NCBI GenBank assembly: GCA_965208835.1
Contig: OZ242358.1
Coordinates: forward strand, 4,864,001 to 4,928,000
Source of the DNA: Candidatus Latescibacterota bacterium
Lineage (GTDB): Bacteria > Latescibacterota > UBA2968 > GCA-2709665
Direction of reading: 5' to 3'
Length of the DNA stretch: 64,000 bases
Part shown: one piece after another, positions 30,588 to 41,420 of the stretch
How positions within the stretch are numbered: the first letter of the stretch is position 1
How the letters are laid out: each line of letters starts with the position of its first letter
The notes under the pieces: generated by a model
Told to the model about the DNA's origin: nothing
Database searches by the model: none
What the model saw: only the letters and a program-made list of their open reading frames with translations
Made by a program: the position numbers and the translations under genes

Positions 30588-33020
30588 ATGGACGTTCTGA
30601 CTTCCTCCTTCGGCGTCCTTTCCCTTTCGTACGTCGAAACCACTGGCATCGCGGTTCTCGTATGCGTCCTGGGTTTCACGGGCGCGCCGCTGTGGCTGTG
30701 CACGGTCCTCTCGGCCGCGGGTCTATGGACATTCGGCGCTCCCGGCGGCCTCTGGTGGGGCTTCGGCGCCCTTGCGCTGCTCCTTAACGTGCGGCCGCTG
30801 CGCCGCAACCTGATTTCCTCTCCGATCCTCAAAATCATCAAAGCGCTCCGCCTCCTTCCCGTCATCTCGCCCACCGAACAGGCCGCCATCGAAGCCGGAA
30901 GCGTATGGATCGACGCCGACCTCTTCTCCGGCAAACCCGACTTCAGCCGTCTGAACGCCGAACCCTACCCCGATCTGAACGAAAGGGAACGCGCATTCCT
31001 CAGCGGCCCCGTGGAAGCCGCGTGCCGGCTGGCAGACGACTGGCGGATTCACCGGGACCGGGACCTGCCGCGGGAACTCTGGGATTATCTCAAAGAACAA
31101 AGATTCTACGGGATCATCATCCCCGAAGAATTCGGCGGCCTTGGATTCTCCGTCTCGGCTCACAGCGCCATTGTCGGCAAGCTGGCCTCCCGCTCCATGC
31201 CGCTCGCCGTTACCGTTATGGTGCCCAATTCGCTCGGACCGGCCGAACTGCTGATCCATTACGGCACCCGGGAACAGAAAGACCACTTCCTGCCGCGCCT
31301 TTCGCGCGGTGAGGAGATCCCCTGCTTCGCCCTCACCGAGCCGAACGCCGGTTCCGACGCCGGTAGCATCCGGTCCAGCGGGGTCGTCTTCATGGGCGAA
31401 GATGGGCGGCCGTATCTGCGTTTGAACTGGGACAAGCGATATATCACGCTCGCTTCGATCTCCACACTGATCGGCCTGGCCTTCAAACTCAAGGATCCGG
31501 ACAATCTGCTCGGCAGAGGCGCCAACCCGGGCATCACCTGCGCCCTCGTACCCCGCGACACGCCGGGCATTGTGGTGGACAGACGGCACGATCCAATGGG
31601 CGTGCCCTTTCACAATGCCCCCACCGAGGGCAGGGACGTCGTCGTTCCGGCCGATGCCATCATCGGCGGTACGGAAGGCGCCGGCCAGGGGTGGCGCATG
31701 CTCATGGAATCCCTGGCCGCGGGGCGCGGCATCTCGCTGCCGGCAACCGCGGCCTTCGGCGCCAAGCTGACCGCGCGGGTGGCGGGCGCCCACGCCACCG
31801 TACGCAAACAGTTCGGCCTTTCCATCGGCCGTTTCCAGGGCGTGGAGGAGCCGCTCGCGCGTATCGGCGGCTTTACCTACCTGATGGAAGCGGCGAGGCG
31901 TTTCACCTGCGGCGGCCTGGACGCGGGCGAGAAATCGGCGGTTGTCTCCGCCATCGTCAAGTTCAATCTCACGGAGCTCCATCGGCGCGCCATTCTGGAC
32001 GGGATGGACATCCTGGCAGGAAACGCCATCGCCCAGGGTCCGAGAAACCTGCTCGCCCGGTCGTATCTCTGGGCGCCCATCGCCATCACCGTGGAAGGCG
32101 CGAATATTCTCACGCGGACCCTTATCACGTTCGGTCAGGGCGCGATCCGGTGCCATCCGTACATCTATGATGAAATACAGGCGCTCAAGACCGGCAACCT
32201 GCACGCGTTCGACCGCGCATTCTGGGCCCACGCGGGCCACGTCATCCGCAACGGGTTCCGCACCGCGCTCCTGAGCCTGTCGCGCGGTTACCTGGCCGCT
32301 TCGCCGGTGCGGGGGCCCGCGTCCCGGTACTATCGCAAGCTGGCCTGGACGTCCGCTTCATTCGCCTTCATGGCCGATATCGCCCTGATCTCAATGGGCG
32401 GCGCCCTGAAAAAAGAAGAGAAACTGGCCGGCCGCTTCGCGGACATCCTGTCATGGATGTACCTGGGCACCGCCGTCATGCGCCGATTTGAAGCGGAAGG
32501 GCGCAGACCGGGCCACCTGCCCTATCTGCACTGGGCGATGCAATACGCGCTCGCGCAGATTCAGCTCGGATTCAGCGGCCTGTTCCGGAACCTGCGCGTC
32601 TTCCCCGGCCTCAATCTGCTGTTCCGCTATCCGGTTGCGATGTGGTCTCGCGTCAACGCGATCGGCCGGATGCCTTCCGACGTCCTGGGAGGCGACGTCG
32701 CCCGCGCCATGCGGACCCCCGGCCCGGACCGGGACGCGCTGACCTCTGACATATATCTGCCGGATTCCGCGGATGAAGCCCTGGGCCGGCTCGAAACCGC
32801 GTTCGAGCTTTCCTGCAGGGCCGAACCCATTTCCGGCATCATCAAGAAAGCCGCACGCGCAGGCCTGCTTTCCGGCCGGGACCCCCACCGGCTGGTCGAA
32901 CAGGCCATGGAAAAAGAGCTGATCACACAGGAAGACGCGGAGCTGTTCCGGCGCGCGGAGACCGCCAGAGACCAGGCGGTGAGAGTGGACGCGTTCAGCC
33001 CTGAAGAATACTTCCCGTAG
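30588..33020 (+). CDS. fadE: Long FadE-type acyl-CoA dehydrogenase
   Basis: VMVPNSLGPAELL, CFALTEP, KRYITLA, ITVEGANILTR, C-terminal VDAF. Confidence 0.9.
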   Translation: MDVLTSSFGVLSLSYVETTGIAVLVCVLGFTGAPLWLCTVLSAAGLWTFGAPGGLWWGFGALALLLNVRPLRRNLISSPILKIIKALRLLPVISPTEQAAIEAGSVWIDADLFSGKPDFSRLNAEPYPDLNERERAFLSGPVEAACRLADDWRIHRDRDLPRELWDYLKEQRFYGIIIPEEFGGLGFSVSAHSAIVGKLASRSMPLAVTVMVPNSLGPAELLIHYGTREQKDHFLPRLSRGEEIPCFALTEPNAGSDAGSIRSSGVVFMGEDGRPYLRLNWDKRYITLASISTLIGLAFKLKDPDNLLGRGANPGITCALVPRDTPGIVVDRRHDPMGVPFHNAPTEGRDVVVPADAIIGGTEGAGQGWRMLMESLAAGRGISLPATAAFGAKLTARVAGAHATVRKQFGLSIGRFQGVEEPLARIGGFTYLMEAARRFTCGGLDAGEKSAVVSAIVKFNLTELHRRAILDGMDILAGNAIAQGPRNLLARSYLWAPIAITVEGANILTRTLITFGQGAIRCHPYIYDEIQALKTGNLHAFDRAFWAHAGHVIRNGFRTALLSLSRGYLAASPVRGPASRYYRKLAWTSASFAFMADIALISMGGALKKEEKLAGRFADILSWMYLGTAVMRRFEAEGRRPGHLPYLHWAMQYALAQIQLGFSGLFRNLRVFPGLNLLFRYPVAMWSRVNAIGRMPSDVLGGDVARAMRTPGPDRDALTSDIYLPDSADEALGRLETAFELSCRAEPISGIIKKAARAGLLSGRDPHRLVEQAMEKELITQEDAELFRRAETARDQAVRVDAFSPEEYFP

Positions 33021-33193
33021 CCCGACGTAAGAAGCTGTTTTAAAATTCCCAGCGGTCTTCGCACGGCTGCAAACGCGCCGGTCGGCGTTGGTCAAACCCG
33101 CCCAAGAGTGGCGAGGGGCGCGCAGCCACGATACATTCGAAACGGGCGGCAGCGGCGCGCCAACGGACTGCCAACTCCGGAGGAGCACAATCC

Positions 33194-34819
33194 ATGCAAG
33201 GCCTCATGATGGACTACCCCCTCACCATGGACCGGATCCTGGAGCACGCCAACCGTCTGTACCCCCGAAAACGCATCACCACCTTATTGCCCGACGGAGA
33301 CGTGTACCGATACACCTACGCGGACCTTCACAGCCGGTCGAGGCGGCTCGCCAGCGCGCTCGGCGGGCTGGGAATAGAACCCGGCGACCGCGTAGGCACC
33401 TTCGCGTGGAACAACCACCAGCACCTGGAGCTGTATTTCGCCGTGCCCTGCAGCGGCGCCGTCTGCCATACTCTGAACATCCGGCTCTCTCCGGATCAGC
33501 TGGCGTACATCATCAGCCACGCGGATGACAAGGCCATCTTTGTGGATGCGGCCCTGCTGCCCCGCTTCGAAGCCGTGGCGGCCAGACTCGACCGCCGCCC
33601 GCGCATCGTCCTGTTCAATGTCAAACCGGGTATCCGGATCGGCCCTGGCGACGCATTGGACTATGAAGCCCTGATCGCCGGCGGCAGCGATTCGTACGAA
33701 TGGCCCGCAATAGACGAAGACACGGCCATGGGCCTCTGCTACACCAGCGGCACCACCGGCGAGCCCCGGGGCGCGTTGTACTCGCACCGTTCGATGTTTC
33801 TGCACACGCTGGGCGTGAATCAGTCCAACGCCGTGGGCCTTGTCGAATCGGATGTCGTCATGCCGGTCGTACCGCAGTTCCACGCCATGGCCTGGGGACT
33901 GCCGTATGCATGCGCCATGGCCGGCGCGGAGATGGTTCTCCCCGGCCCCCACCTGAATCCCGCCGCCCTTGCGCGGACGATCGCGGAGGAAGGCGTCACG
34001 GTTCCCGCCGGCGTCCCCACCATCTGGACCGGACTGTATGAAGAGCTCAAGGTCAATCCGCGCGACATCTCCTGTATTCGCGCCCTGATCGTCGGCGGGG
34101 CGGCCATGCCGCGCGGCCTGATCGAAGCCTATGAAACCGAACTCAACGTGCCGGTCGTACACGCCTGGGGAATGACCGAACTTTCGCCCCTGGGTACCGT
34201 CTCCAAGCTGCAGCGCCACCATGGCGCCCTTCCGGACGCGGACAGGTGGGACGTGAAAGCCACCCAGGGGTATCCCATCTGCGGCGTTGACATGCGGATT
34301 GTGGACGATTCCGGCAACGAAGCGCCCTGGGACGGCCGCAGCATGGGCGAGATACAGGTCAGGGGCCCGTGGGTGATCGGAAGCTATTACAAGCAGGACC
34401 CCGCGCCCGATCACTTCACGGCCGACGGGTGGTTCCGGACCGGCGACGTGGGCTCGATGAGCCCGGACGGCTTCCTCACCATCACGGACCGGACAAGAGA
34501 CCTCATCAAGAGCGGCGGCGAGTGGATTTCGAGCGTGGCGCTGGAGAACACGCTCATGGGCCATCCGTCCGTCACCGAGGCCGCCGTCATCGCCGTTCCC
34601 GACGCGAAGTGGACGGAACGTCCCTTCGCCATCGCCGTGCGGTCGCCCAACGCGGATCCCGTCACGGCCGAGTCGCTCCTGGCCCACCTCGCATCCGTAT
34701 ATCCGAAATACTGGGTACCCGACAGAATCGTCTTCGTGGAGCAGATCCCTAAGACCAGCGTCGGAAAACTGGACAAGAAAGTCATCCGCCGGCAGTACGC
34801 GGAAGGAAAGTTCGGATAG
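33194..34819 (+). CDS. Acyl-CoA synthetase (AlkK/DmdB-like fatty acid-CoA ligase)
   Basis: [39 protein letters not shown]. Confidence 0.9.
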   Translation: MQGLMMDYPLTMDRILEHANRLYPRKRITTLLPDGDVYRYTYADLHSRSRRLASALGGLGIEPGDRVGTFAWNNHQHLELYFAVPCSGAVCHTLNIRLSPDQLAYIISHADDKAIFVDAALLPRFEAVAARLDRRPRIVLFNVKPGIRIGPGDALDYEALIAGGSDSYEWPAIDEDTAMGLCYTSGTTGEPRGALYSHRSMFLHTLGVNQSNAVGLVESDVVMPVVPQFHAMAWGLPYACAMAGAEMVLPGPHLNPAALARTIAEEGVTVPAGVPTIWTGLYEELKVNPRDISCIRALIVGGAAMPRGLIEAYETELNVPVVHAWGMTELSPLGTVSKLQRHHGALPDADRWDVKATQGYPICGVDMRIVDDSGNEAPWDGRSMGEIQVRGPWVIGSYYKQDPAPDHFTADGWFRTGDVGSMSPDGFLTITDRTRDLIKSGGEWISSVALENTLMGHPSVTEAAVIAVPDAKWTERPFAIAVRSPNADPVTAESLLAHLASVYPKYWVPDRIVFVEQIPKTSVGKLDKKVIRRQYAEGKFG

Positions 34820-34850
34820 CCCGACACGACAGGAAATGAAATAAACCGCG

Positions 34851-35582
34851 ATGCCTCTCCACCTCAAGAACCCTCACAGCATCCTGGCCGTTCTGGAAGC
34901 CCGGCCCCAGGACGTCTACGAAATCCGCCTGCCGGACCCCGTCTCCGGCCCCTGGAGCCGGATCCGGTCGTCCGCCACGGAAATCGGCGTCAAGATCTCG
35001 GGCCAGACCCGCGCATCCCGGAGGCAAAACCGGACGGGCCGCGCCCGCGGCGCCGAGGCCGTTGTCAAGGAACGACGCGCGGTGCCTGTACAGGAACTCT
35101 TCGCGAACGTGCCCGCGGACGGACTCTGGCTCGCGCTCGACCGCGTGCAGGACCCGCACAACGTCGGGGCGATCTTTCGCACCGCCGCCTTCTTCGGCGT
35201 CCGCGGCATCCTGATCACGCGGGACCGTTCCGCTCCTCTCACGGATACCGTGTACGACGTCGCATCCGGAGGCGTCGAACACGTGCCATTCAGCTTCCCG
35301 GCGAACCTCAGCCGGTCGCTCGACCTGGCGCGGACGGCGAACGTCTGGATCCTGGGCGCGTCGGAACACGCCGACACCGGCCTGGACCGGATCGCGGCCG
35401 ACCGGCCCTGGCTGCTGGTGGTGGGCAACGAAGAACGCGGGCTACGCCGGCTCACGCTGGACAAGTGCGACGCCACCTGCAGAATTCCATCGACAGGATC
35501 GGTTGCTTCTCTCAACGTCTCGGTAGCCGCGGGTATATTCATGCAGAAACTCGCCGGGCCGCCAGATGCGACCACCCGATAG
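34851..35582 (+). CDS. TrmH/SpoU RNA 2'-O-methyltransferase (RlmB-like)
   Basis: DPHNVGAIFR, GNEERG, SLNVSVA. Confidence 0.88.
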   Translation: MPLHLKNPHSILAVLEARPQDVYEIRLPDPVSGPWSRIRSSATEIGVKISGQTRASRRQNRTGRARGAEAVVKERRAVPVQELFANVPADGLWLALDRVQDPHNVGAIFRTAAFFGVRGILITRDRSAPLTDTVYDVASGGVEHVPFSFPANLSRSLDLARTANVWILGASEHADTGLDRIAADRPWLLVVGNEERGLRRLTLDKCDATCRIPSTGSVASLNVSVAAGIFMQKLAGPPDATTR

Positions 35583-35616
35583 ACTCTCGTTTTATCCCGT
35601 CCATCCAAGTTGATTT

Positions 35617-35756
35617 CCCTGAGCTTGTCGAATTGCCTTCGTTCGCCGAAACGTGGTCATTGAGCTTGTCGAAATGCCCTCGATTCGATATCCAGTCGGT
35701 ATCCAATTCGAAATCCTTCGCCGACCCTTCGACAAGCTCAGGGAGCGGCTCAGGGC
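35617..35756. repeat. Family B REP-like element (extra half-site at 35617 plus full copy 35649-35756)
   Basis: Inverted ends TGAGCTTGTCGAA / TTCGACAAGCTCA. Confidence 0.82.
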
Positions 35757-35846
35757 CCGTTTCCCGTGCGTTGCCCTGAACGGGCCGCACTTGTCATCAA
35801 TTCCGGTTTGCCGTATCTTTTTCGGAAAAAATCAGGGGAAGAGACG

Positions 35847-36473
35847 ATGCCCGAAACCATCTTCTGGGACGTGGATACCCAGTACGACTTCATCATGCCG
35901 GACGGCAAACTCTACATCCGGGAGGCGGAGAAAATCCTGCCCAACCTGGAGCGGCTCACGGCCTGCGCGCGGCAGCGGAATATCCCCATCTTCGGGTCGG
36001 TAGACTTCCACAACCCGGACGATCCGGAGATCTCGGACTCGCCCGACTTCCAGGACACCTTTCCGCCGCACTGTCTCAAGGACACCCCGGGCCAGCGAAA
36101 GGTCGCGGAAACACGCCCGGTGAATCCGCTGTGGATCGACGGCGGCGCGGAAGATACCGCGGAACTCGGCGAGCGGGTCCGGAACCACGCGGGCGAGGTC
36201 ATCTTCCGCAAACAGCGCTTCGACGTGTTCACCAATCGGAACGTGGAACCCGTTCTGAATGCCGTCAGGCCCGGACGCATCGTCCTGTACGGCGTCGCCC
36301 TGGACGTCTGCAATGCCTACGCGATCGATGGCTTTCTCGAGAGGAACACCGCCCCCGTCCAGCTCGTGCTGGACGCCACGCAGGCCATCTTCCCCGAACG
36401 CGGGGATACGCTCGTGGAAGGCTGGGAGGCCCGCGGCGTCACCGTCGTTTCTACCGACGAGATCACCGGATAG
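35847..36473 (+). CDS. Isochorismatase-family cysteine hydrolase (nicotinamidase-like)
   Basis: VDTQYDF, DFH, FPPHC, GVALDVC. Confidence 0.85.
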   Translation: MPETIFWDVDTQYDFIMPDGKLYIREAEKILPNLERLTACARQRNIPIFGSVDFHNPDDPEISDSPDFQDTFPPHCLKDTPGQRKVAETRPVNPLWIDGGAEDTAELGERVRNHAGEVIFRKQRFDVFTNRNVEPVLNAVRPGRIVLYGVALDVCNAYAIDGFLERNTAPVQLVLDATQAIFPERGDTLVEGWEARGVTVVSTDEITG

Positions 36474-36489
36474 GGAAACTCACAGACAT

Positions 36490-36536
36490 AAAAGAGCGCA
36501 TCGTCCAGGACCTTCAGGGCGATGCGCTCTTTTTTT
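36490..36536. terminator. Bidirectional intrinsic terminator
   Basis: AAAAGAGCGCATCG...CGATGCGCTCTTTTTT between convergent genes. Confidence 0.85.
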
Positions 36537-36592
36537 AAATGTGTGGACCGGAACAAGCGGTAATGTCCGCGCCACCTTCCAGCGGTCGATGA

Positions 36593-37699
36593 CTATTGCG
36601 ACGGTTGTCCCGCGGACACCGCCAGGTCCTTGAACAGGCTCCGGTACTTGCCGTAGCCGGCCGTCTTCAGCTCACCCGCGGGGATAAACCGCAGCGAGGC
36701 CGAATTGATGCAATAGCGCAGGCCGGTCGGCGCGGGCCCGTCGTTGAATACGTGGCCGAGGTGGGAATCCCCGTATTTACTGCGCACCTCCGTTCGGGTC
36801 ATGAAAAGACTGTTGTCCACGTGCTCAACCACGTGTTCGGTCACGAGCGGCTGCGTGAAGCTCGGCCATCCGGTACCCGACCGGTATTTGTGGGTTGAAC
36901 TGAATAGGGGCTCGCCCGACACGATATCCACGTAGATGCCCGGCTTCTTGTTGTCCCAGTACTCGTTGCGGAACGGACGCTCGGTACCGTCTTCCTGGGT
37001 CACGTTCCACTGCAGCGGCGTCAGTTTCCGGCGCAGCTCCGCGTCGGGGGGTTTGTTCCAGATCCCGCTGGAAGATTTGGCCGCTTTGTCCCGCCCCCAG
37101 GTCTTTTCGATGAACCGGTCGCGGCCGGAGCCCTTCCGGTAGCGGTTGTAGTGGGCCGGCTTCTTCCTGTAGTAATCCTGGTGATATTCCTCCGCCGGAT
37201 AAAAGGTTTCCGCGGGCCGGATAGGCGTCACGATGGGGGCGTTGAAGCGACCGGATTTCTGAAGGGCCTCCTTTGAGGTTTCCGCCAGCTCTTTCTGCTT
37301 CTCGTCATGGTAGAAGATAGCGGACGAGTATTGATGGCCCCGGTCATAGAACGACCCCCCCGCATCGGTGGGGTCGAACTGCATCCAGTAGACGTCGAGC
37401 AGTTGCGCATAGGTGACCACGGAGGGGTCGTACGTGACCAGCACCGCCTCGATGTGCCGGGTACCGCCGGAACTGACCTGGCCGTAGGTGGGATTCCGGA
37501 TCTCCCCGCCGGTATAACCGGAAACCGCGGACACAACGCCTTCCAGCTTGTCGAATGGGGCTTCGATGCACCAGAAGCAGCCGCCGGCAAACGTGGCTTG
37601 CTCCATGTCTTTCGTTTCGGAACTGCCGTCCATTGCGCCCAGGGCCAGGGCGACAACGAGAACGGCAGCGGTGAACAACAGCAAAAGCGTGGTTTTCAT
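36593..37699 (-). CDS. msrAB: Exported bifunctional methionine sulfoxide reductase MsrA-MsrB
   Basis: Signal peptide; GCFWC and AEEYHQDYY (MsrA); GWPSF, HLGHVF, RYCINS (MsrB). Confidence 0.93.
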   Translation of the reverse strand: MKTTLLLLFTAAVLVVALALGAMDGSSETKDMEQATFAGGCFWCIEAPFDKLEGVVSAVSGYTGGEIRNPTYGQVSSGGTRHIEAVLVTYDPSVVTYAQLLDVYWMQFDPTDAGGSFYDRGHQYSSAIFYHDEKQKELAETSKEALQKSGRFNAPIVTPIRPAETFYPAEEYHQDYYRKKPAHYNRYRKGSGRDRFIEKTWGRDKAAKSSSGIWNKPPDAELRRKLTPLQWNVTQEDGTERPFRNEYWDNKKPGIYVDIVSGEPLFSSTHKYRSGTGWPSFTQPLVTEHVVEHVDNSLFMTRTEVRSKYGDSHLGHVFNDGPAPTGLRYCINSASLRFIPAGELKTAGYGKYRSLFKDLAVSAGQPSQ

Positions 37700-37875
37700 A
37701 TGGTATCCTCCTGGAATTTCCGGCATCCGGTCTGAAAGCGTCGCATCGGTTAAAGACGATTAAAAATCACAAATCCGGTCGCCGGTCGTCATTCCTGATG
37801 CACGAGAGGGAATCGGCAATCTCTCCCCATGAAACGCCGGCGGAGGGAGTTGGGTTGCATGAAACAACCAAAGAA

Positions 37876-38006
37876 GCGGGGAGAGGGAAGACGTGAGCCG
37901 GTAGAAGAAGCCCTTGCCCGGTATATTCTTCCTCTTTGCCTTTGGCACGGGAAGAAACCTCACAAGGCAGGTAATCTCTCCCGTCTTGCGTCTCCCGTCT
38001 CCCCGC
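37876..38006 (+). repeat. Family A element copy 5
   Basis: Core TTGCCTTTGGCACGGGAAGAAACCTCACAAGGCAGG with 7-mer arms. Confidence 0.85.
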
Positions 38007-38065
38007 ATTTAGCTGATCGCTCTTTCTCACTTGATACATGAACATTTGTGCAGCATATTCAGGAC

Positions 38066-38863
38066 ATGGCGCATGCGCACCTGGAAATCGAAGAGGCCGC
38101 GGCGCGTTCCGTACTGATGCCGCAGGACGGCCCACCCGTCACGCGATACACCCTGAATCCATACATGGGCTGCGGGATGGGGTGCGCCTATTGCTACGTG
38201 ATGAAATACCACTACGCTATGGAACATCCCCTGCCGTGGGGCGCGTGGGTGCAGCCGAAGACGAACGCGCCGTATCTGCTCGGCAAGGCTCGGGACAAGA
38301 TCTGGGGCCGGCGGATCTTCGTGGGCTCCGCCACCGACCCGTATCAATACGTGGAACGGCAGTACCGGCTGACCCGCCGCTGCCTGGGCGTGCTGGAGGA
38401 CAGCAACCCGAAAGACGTTGTGGTACATACGCGGAGCCACCTGGTTCTGGACGACGCGGAACTGCTGAGGAGGTTTAAATCCCCTCTGCGCGTTTGTTTT
38501 TCCGTACCCACGGACGACGACCGCGTGCGGAGAAAGCTGGAGCCGCACGCCCCGCGCATCGATGTCCGTCTTAAGACCATGCGACGCCTCAGGTCAATGG
38601 GCATTCACGTCACCGCGGCGGTGGCGCCTCTGCTCCACTGCGAGCCCACCCGGTTTGCCGGGCTGCTGAAAGACGCCGCTGACGACGTCTACACGGGGTC
38701 GATGCGCTATACCGACAAGACGGGCCTTCACGCGACGGGCAGAGCCAGGGCATATTTCGAAAGCGCCCGATACCAGGACCTGGTCGCGGAGACGGACCGC
38801 TGCCTCGACGCGGCCGGCCTGAAGACGAACCGCGACGACGAGCGGGATTTCGCATCGCGATGA
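38066..38863 (+). CDS. Radical SAM protein (SplB/Rv2578c-like)
   Basis: NPYMGCGMGCAYCY, SATDPYQ..E..Y.LTR, LEP. Confidence 0.85.
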   Translation: MAHAHLEIEEAAARSVLMPQDGPPVTRYTLNPYMGCGMGCAYCYVMKYHYAMEHPLPWGAWVQPKTNAPYLLGKARDKIWGRRIFVGSATDPYQYVERQYRLTRRCLGVLEDSNPKDVVVHTRSHLVLDDAELLRRFKSPLRVCFSVPTDDDRVRRKLEPHAPRIDVRLKTMRRLRSMGIHVTAAVAPLLHCEPTRFAGLLKDAADDVYTGSMRYTDKTGLHATGRARAYFESARYQDLVAETDRCLDAAGLKTNRDDERDFASR

Positions 38864-38966
38864 GAGAAAAAAAAAGGAATGCGCGAAGGTATGAGGTCCT
38901 TCGGACATCCCGTGTGCGAACCGCGTTGCCTGCGGCGGGGCGATTACGATTTCTGTATCGGGGCTG

Positions 38967-40433
38967 TCATCTCAACCTGCGCCGCATGGGACGCCGGGGC
39001 GAGGGTGAGGCGGAGCGGATCTCGGCGATGAACTCGGCGGCCGCGTCGCTGTATGTTTCGAACGGGTCCTGGAGACTCAGGTGGCTTTCGTTCTCCAGAT
39101 AGACCGAGTCCCAGTCCACGATATACCGCATCCGGTTCTCCGACAGGGCCCTGATCACGTCGGACCGGCCCCGGGCGCGCGTATCGGCGGGCGGCTCGTC
39201 TCCCGCGCGGGCGATCTGCTCCTCGGACAGAATGCGGTGGGTCATCCCCTTGTGCTCCATGTCGAGGAAGAATCCCCGGTTGGGATCGATATTGTGGAAC
39301 TCCAGATCCAGGCTCTGGAGCCACGGATCGTTCCACTCCAGGCCTTCCGACTGCACGAACATATCCAGCATCCACTTCTTCGCCACCCAGTCCAGCCGGT
39401 CCTTCAGGACCATCGGATCCCGTTCCAGGTCGTCCAGCGTCTTCTCCCATTCGACCAGCACCCAGTCCGACTCCTCATCCATCCCGCGCAGATGCTGTTT
39501 CGCCAGATCCAGGTACCGGCGCTGGATATCCACGGCCGAAACCGGCCTTCCGTTCTTGCGCTCCAGAATCCATTTGTGGGTCGGGTCCCGGGAAATCTCC
39601 TTCAACGCCCACACCGGGTCGCCGAGGCCCACGTCCTGCGGGAAGATCTTGTGTTCGAGCAGATTCAACACCATCGCGGTGGTACCGACCTTCAGCGCGG
39701 TGGCGTACTCCGACATATTCGAATCGCCCATCAGCAGGTGCAGCCTTCGGTACTTGTTGTAGTCTGCCAGCGGTTCGTCGCGCGTATTGATGATCGCACG
39801 GCTGAACTGGATCCACTGATAGATCTCCGTGACGATGTGGTCCGCGCGCTGCGAAATCTGAAAGGCGACGGGGTCCTCGTGTCCGGAGTCGTCGACGTCG
39901 TCCCTGCCATAATAGTAGAAGCTGTCGTCGTAGCTGCCCACCCTGCCTGCGCCGCTGTAAATCTGCCGCGTTACCAGAAAAGGAAGCAGCGCCGGTATCA
40001 CAACCATCGAGAACGGCACGTTTCGCCGAATCAGGTAATTCTCGTGGCAGCCGAACGTGGCGCCGGTGTAATGGTCGATATTATTCTTGAGGAACGACGC
40101 CTCTTTCGCCAGCCCCAGCGAACGAAGCGCGCGCTGCAGAAGCCGTTCTCCCGCCCGGTCCGAGGCCACCAGGTCGAACAGGCTCTTGCATTCCGGCGTG
40201 GTGTATTCGATATGCCCCATATCGATATATACCCTGCCGGAATTGAACAAAAAACCGCCGTTTCCCGGCGGTTCGTCCCGGCCCCGATAGTGGATGTCGA
40301 CGATCCCCTTGCGCTCGGTGTGGAAGACATGGTCCTTCACCTTCACCGTAATGGCATCCGGGCTGACGAACCCCTCGTGCTCCGGCGCCATGCACCCGAA
40401 TTCGGTTTCCAGACCGAAAATGCGACGTTCCAT
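38967..40433 (-). CDS. pafA: PafA-family Pup/UBact-protein ligase
   Basis: RIFGLETEFG, GCHENY, SQRADH, IINTRDEP, RRLHLLMGDSNM, LDLEFH, TRA. Confidence 0.88.
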   Translation of the reverse strand: MERRIFGLETEFGCMAPEHEGFVSPDAITVKVKDHVFHTERKGIVDIHYRGRDEPPGNGGFLFNSGRVYIDMGHIEYTTPECKSLFDLVASDRAGERLLQRALRSLGLAKEASFLKNNIDHYTGATFGCHENYLIRRNVPFSMVVIPALLPFLVTRQIYSGAGRVGSYDDSFYYYGRDDVDDSGHEDPVAFQISQRADHIVTEIYQWIQFSRAIINTRDEPLADYNKYRRLHLLMGDSNMSEYATALKVGTTAMVLNLLEHKIFPQDVGLGDPVWALKEISRDPTHKWILERKNGRPVSAVDIQRRYLDLAKQHLRGMDEESDWVLVEWEKTLDDLERDPMVLKDRLDWVAKKWMLDMFVQSEGLEWNDPWLQSLDLEFHNIDPNRGFFLDMEHKGMTHRILSEEQIARAGDEPPADTRARGRSDVIRALSENRMRYIVDWDSVYLENESHLSLQDPFETYSDAAAEFIAEIRSASPSPRRPMRRRLR

Positions 40434-40580
40434 ATCGTGTCCTCAATTGGACGCCTGCTGGATGATCCGCGTCCGCCTGAGCGGACGAAAGAAACCGACC
40501 CCACCGCCGCCAGCGGCCGGGCGCCCACAAGGGACGCCCCTACAGGCGAGGGGTAAGGATCTGGTGTTCGATGAGATCGT

Positions 40581-40616
40581 CGCCGACCCTTCGACAAGCT
40601 CAGGGACCGGCTCAGT
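40581..40616. repeat. Family B half element
   Basis: CGCCGACCCTTCGACAAGCTCAGGGACCGGCTCAG between prcA and pafA. Confidence 0.75.
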
Positions 40617-40640
40617 CTTCAGACGCAAGTTTGGCGGCAC

Positions 40641-41420
40641 TCAGCGATAGGGCTTGATTACGGGCTGTATCTCGCGATCGCCGAGGACGCGAAACCGGCG
40701 TTTGTCCGTGCCGGACCGGTCCAGAACCACGGCCTCGACCGTGGCCGATGCCAACGCGTCCTTCAGGATGGCCTGCAGGTCCGCTTCACCGGCCATCCGT
40801 TCCAGCTCCGACATTTCCCGTGGGATTTCGTCCAGGGTTCCAACGAACCGCCCGGCCGCCCACGCCTCCAGCGCGGCCTTCAATGCGTTCCGCAGGCTAA
40901 GCCGGTGGTTTTCCGGCAAACGGCTCCGCATCAAGCCGTCCGCTTCCGGAATCTCGCCTATAACGCCGCGGCCTTCGTGCTTCTGAAACGTGCCGTCGTA
41001 GTCCACGGTATAGAAGACAGCGCCTTCCTCCGATACATCCAGTTCCAACATCAGGACACGCACGATAAACGGCGACCGGAAGACTTCGTCGAACGCCGTC
41101 TTGACCGCCGGACCCAGGCCGAAGTGTACGATCTGCTGCAGGTTTACGTCCTGCTCGGAATAATTGAACCCGATCACCGACGCCAGGTCCACGGCGGACT
41201 GCCGCAGCTTTTCGATGTCGGCCGGATGCCCAAGCGCGGCCATACCGATGCGGTCGTAGACCTCGAAGATCTTCTGTTGCCCCTGACCCAGCGTCAGGAG
41301 CAGGGCGCCGTCCCGCCAGGCCAGACCCACAACCGGGCTGCCGCCCCGGAGCTGGTCCTCTATATACTCCCGCCGGTTGGCTACCGCCTCCGCCCATCGA
41401 TAGGGTTCGTCCAGCATCAT
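40641..41420 (-). CDS. prcA: 20S proteasome alpha subunit
   Basis: GSPVVG, KIFEVYDRI, EAVVLDR, RRFR; immediately downstream of the beta subunit. Confidence 0.85.
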   Translation of the reverse strand: MMLDEPYRWAEAVANRREYIEDQLRGGSPVVGLAWRDGALLLTLGQGQQKIFEVYDRIGMAALGHPADIEKLRQSAVDLASVIGFNYSEQDVNLQQIVHFGLGPAVKTAFDEVFRSPFIVRVLMLELDVSEEGAVFYTVDYDGTFQKHEGRGVIGEIPEADGLMRSRLPENHRLSLRNALKAALEAWAAGRFVGTLDEIPREMSELERMAGEADLQAILKDALASATVEAVVLDRSGTDKRRFRVLGDREIQPVIKPYR

